Source: TPA_inf: Saccharomyces
Lineage: Eukaryota
Direction: 5' to 3'
NCBI GenBank assembly: GCA_000146045.2
Contig: BK006948.2
Span: forward strand, 480,001-544,000
DNA length: 64,000 nt
Shown: positions 62,701 through 64,000 of the stretch, piece by piece
How the letters are laid out: every line of letters begins with the position of its first letter
How positions within the stretch are numbered: the first letter of the stretch is position 1
Made by a program: the position numbers and the translations under genes
Notes under the pieces: generated by a model
Told to the model about the DNA's origin: nothing
Seen by the model: the letters and a program-made list of their open reading frames with translations, nothing else
Databases searched by the model: none

Positions 62701-64000
62701 CTATGCAAAGATGGTTGACGGTTGAATAGGACCACATCACCGTCTTCTAAATGTCTTTCGACGACATCACCAATTTGTAAATTTTTGGCTAACTTCATAC
62801 GATCACCATATCTTAGGTTTCTTCTTGCATCTTCGTTTCTTTTCAGTAAATAGTTCGCCCCAGGATGGACATTGGGTCCATTTACAATTAATTCTTGTAA
62901 TTTATGTCTATTATACCTTGTTACCTTTTCGGGATACGTCAAGACTTTTGCAACACGATCTGGGACAGCAACCTCGTCAATGGACAAGTTTGGGTCCGGA
63001 GAAATAACAGTTCTACCAGAAAAATCGACACGCTTACCAGACAAATTACCCCTGAATCGACCTTGTTTACCCTTTAGTCTTTGGCAGAACCCTCTAATTG
63101 GTTTCACTTTTCCGCCGCCATTGGATGAACCTGGTAGCATCGCAGGATTGACTGAGTCTGAGTTGATGTACATTGCAACAGTCAGTTGTAAGTAATCCCA
63201 ATGTTCCATCATATTGTTAATGGAAATACCCTTGTCAAGACCGGCTTTGATTAAAGACGAAGTCCAAACTATTTCCGTAAGCTTTACTGTCAAGTCATCT
63301 TCGTTAGATGCTGGAGAGTCTTGCATCATAACGGAAGGCCTTATACAAACCGGAGGTGCGGGTAAATATCTCCATATGTAAGTCTCTGGTCTACCAGAGG
63401 GAACTGTTGCATCTATACCAAGCAGCTCACAATCTGCAGACTTAATTTGCTTGAAAAGATTTAAAGTTTTCAGTGGATTTAAATCATCCATACAACGTTT
63501 CACATAACGCTCTAGTTCTGGATTATGAGCAAGAACTTCCTTCCATTCTCCCACCCAAATATCCTTTTCAGGAGCGGACTTTTTACCTACCCAACGAAAT
63601 GTATCATGGATAATCTTCAACGCGGCTGAACCAGCACCAGCAGCGGCTTTTTTCACGACACCATTAAGAGCACCACAATGCAGACACCTTCTTTGCTTTT
63701 TACATTGGTCCAAAATCTTCTTCAATATACCCATACGTCTTAAATTATCTACGCCTGGACGACGAAGTTCATGCAAAAATTGTCTTTTATCTGTTTCTGA
63801 TAACAATATGGCAGAACAGTTTTTACAGATACCTTGCAGTATTTGAATGGTGGCTTTGAAGTACCCAATGTGGAAAACAGGCAAAGCTAATTTTAAGTGA
63901 CCAAAATGGCCATGACACGATGCCAAGTTGCCGTGACAGGTTGCACATTCAAGACTGGAGGAAGAGACACCCATCTTGGGGTCTAAAGCACCGTTCGCCT
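59763..64000 (-). CDS. RPO31: RNA polymerase III largest subunit (C160). The N-terminus lies beyond the right window edge.
   Basis: Stop at 59763-59765. It carries conserved Rpb1-family motifs (zinc-binding CxxC...C, the NADFDGDEMN catalytic aspartate loop, the trigger loop). The frame stays open upstream of the ATG at 63974 (...KANGALDPK-MGVSSS...). The real start is therefore beyond position 64000. Confidence 0.9.
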   Translation of the reverse strand, partial: ANGALDPKMGVSSSSLECATCHGNLASCHGHFGHLKLALPVFHIGYFKATIQILQGICKNCSAILLSETDKRQFLHELRRPGVDNLRRMGILKKILDQCKKQRRCLHCGALNGVVKKAAAGAGSAALKIIHDTFRWVGKKSAPEKDIWVGEWKEVLAHNPELERYVKRCMDDLNPLKTLNLFKQIKSADCELLGIDATVPSGRPETYIWRYLPAPPVCIRPSVMMQDSPASNEDDLTVKLTEIVWTSSLIKAGLDKGISINNMMEHWDYLQLTVAMYINSDSVNPAMLPGSSNGGGKVKPIRGFCQRLKGKQGRFRGNLSGKRVDFSGRTVISPDPNLSIDEVAVPDRVAKVLTYPEKVTRYNRHKLQELIVNGPNVHPGANYLLKRNEDARRNLRYGDRMKLAKNLQIGDVVERHLEDGDVVLFNRQPSLHRLSILSHYAKIRPWRTFRLNECVCTPYNADFDGDEMNLHVPQTEEARAEAINLMGVKNNLLTPKSGEPIIAATQDFITGSYLISHKDSFYDRATLTQLLSMMSDGIEHFDIPPPAIMKPYYLWTGKQVFSLLIKPNHNSPVVINLDAKNKVFVPPKSKSLPNEMSQNDGFVIIRGSQILSGVMDKSVLGDGKKHSVFYTILRDYGPQEAANAMNRMAKLCARFLGNRGFSIGINDVTPADDLKQKKEELVEIAYHKCDELITLFNKGELETQPGCNEEQTLEAKIGGLLSKVREEVGDVCINELDNWNAPLIMATCGSKGSTLNVSQMVAVVGQQIISGNRVPDGFQDRSLPHFPKNSKTPQSKGFVRNSFFSGLSPPEFLFHAISGREGLVDTAVKTAETGYMSRRLMKSLEDLSCQYDNTVRTSANGIVQFTYGGDGLDPLEMEGNAQPVNFNRSWDHAYNITFNNQDKGLLPYAIMETANEILGPLEERLVRYDNSGCLVKREDLNKAEYVDQYDAERDFYHSLREYINGKATALANLRKSRGMLGLLEPPAKELQGIDPDETVPDNVKTSVSQLYRISEKSVRKFLEIALFKYRKARLEPGTAIGAIGAQSIGEPGTQMTLKTFHFAGVASMNVTLGVPRIKEIINASKVISTPIINAVLVNDNDERAARVVKGRVEKTLLSDVAFYVQDVYKDNLSFIQVRIDLGTIDKLQLELTIEDIAVAITRASKLKIQASDVNIIGKDRIAINVFPEGYKAKSISTSAKEPSENDVFYRMQQLRRALPDVVVKGLPDISRAVINIRDDGKRELLVEGYGLRDVMCTDGVIGSRTTTNHVLEVFSVLGIEAARYSIIREINYTMSNHGMSVDPRHIQLLGDVMTYKGEVLGITRFGLSKMRDSVLQLASFEKTTDHLFDAAFYMKKDAVEGVSECIILGQTMSIGTGSFKVVKGTNISEKDLVPKRCLFESLSNEAALKAN

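Noticed and set aside
7439-64000. Pol III machinery 'cluster': a tRNA-Asn gene, TFC7 (TFIIIC subunit) and RPO31 (Pol III C160) in one window
   Set aside because: The genes are 40-55 kb apart, with about 25 unrelated genes between them. I see no shared promoter motifs. I treat this as coincidental.

Overview
This window is unambiguously Saccharomyces cerevisiae nuclear DNA. It matches a contiguous, gene-dense stretch of the right arm of chromosome XV, running from the 3' end of YOR083W/WHI5 to most of YOR116C/RPO31. I identified the genes by recognising the translated ORFs as known yeast proteins and by their lengths.

I can support 32 protein-coding genes:
- LPX1, OST3, TCB1, YVC1, VPS21, PTC5, TMA46, ECM3, CMR2, ARF3, RKI1, RPS7A (with its intron), YOR097C, NUP1, KTR1, CRC1, RAS1, OST2, PIN2, VAM3, RGS2, LEU9, INP53, TFC7, YOR111W, CEX1, AZF1, YOR114W and TRS33.
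- A partial WHI5 at the left edge and a partial RPO31 at the right edge.
- One tRNA-Asn(GUU) gene with a Pol III oligo-T terminator.

I see no CRISPR arrays, no Ty or LTR sequence, no prokaryotic-type operon or defence-system architecture, and no long ORF left unexplained by a known yeast gene. Apart from a long FG repeat inside NUP1, a few microsatellites and trinucleotide repeats are the only repeats I found.

The ORF track allows non-ATG starts: the track ORFs for TCB1 (TTG) and for TMA46 and CEX1 (GTG) begin with such codons, which is why I placed the true starts at internal ATGs. I used internal ATGs for CRC1, OST2 and AZF1 as well, on protein-length grounds.

I do not find evidence for a previously undescribed biological system here. 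The observations worth a second look are regulatory motif clusters:
- a PAC-RRPE-PAC ribosome-biogenesis module upstream of RKI1;
- RRPE plus PAC upstream of TMA46;
- an identical 16-mer containing PAC upstream of RAS1;
- Rap1 sites and a canonical intron at RPS7A;
- Tbf1 sites flanked by Cbf1 E-boxes in the NUP1/KTR1 divergent promoter;
- adjacent Gcn4 and Leu3-type sites plus an A28 tract upstream of LEU9.

Several poorly characterised genes also sit in the window (CMR2, a DIP2 homolog; YOR097C; YOR114W; YOR111W).

Every identification rests on reading the sequence and recalled knowledge of yeast proteins. I ran no database search.
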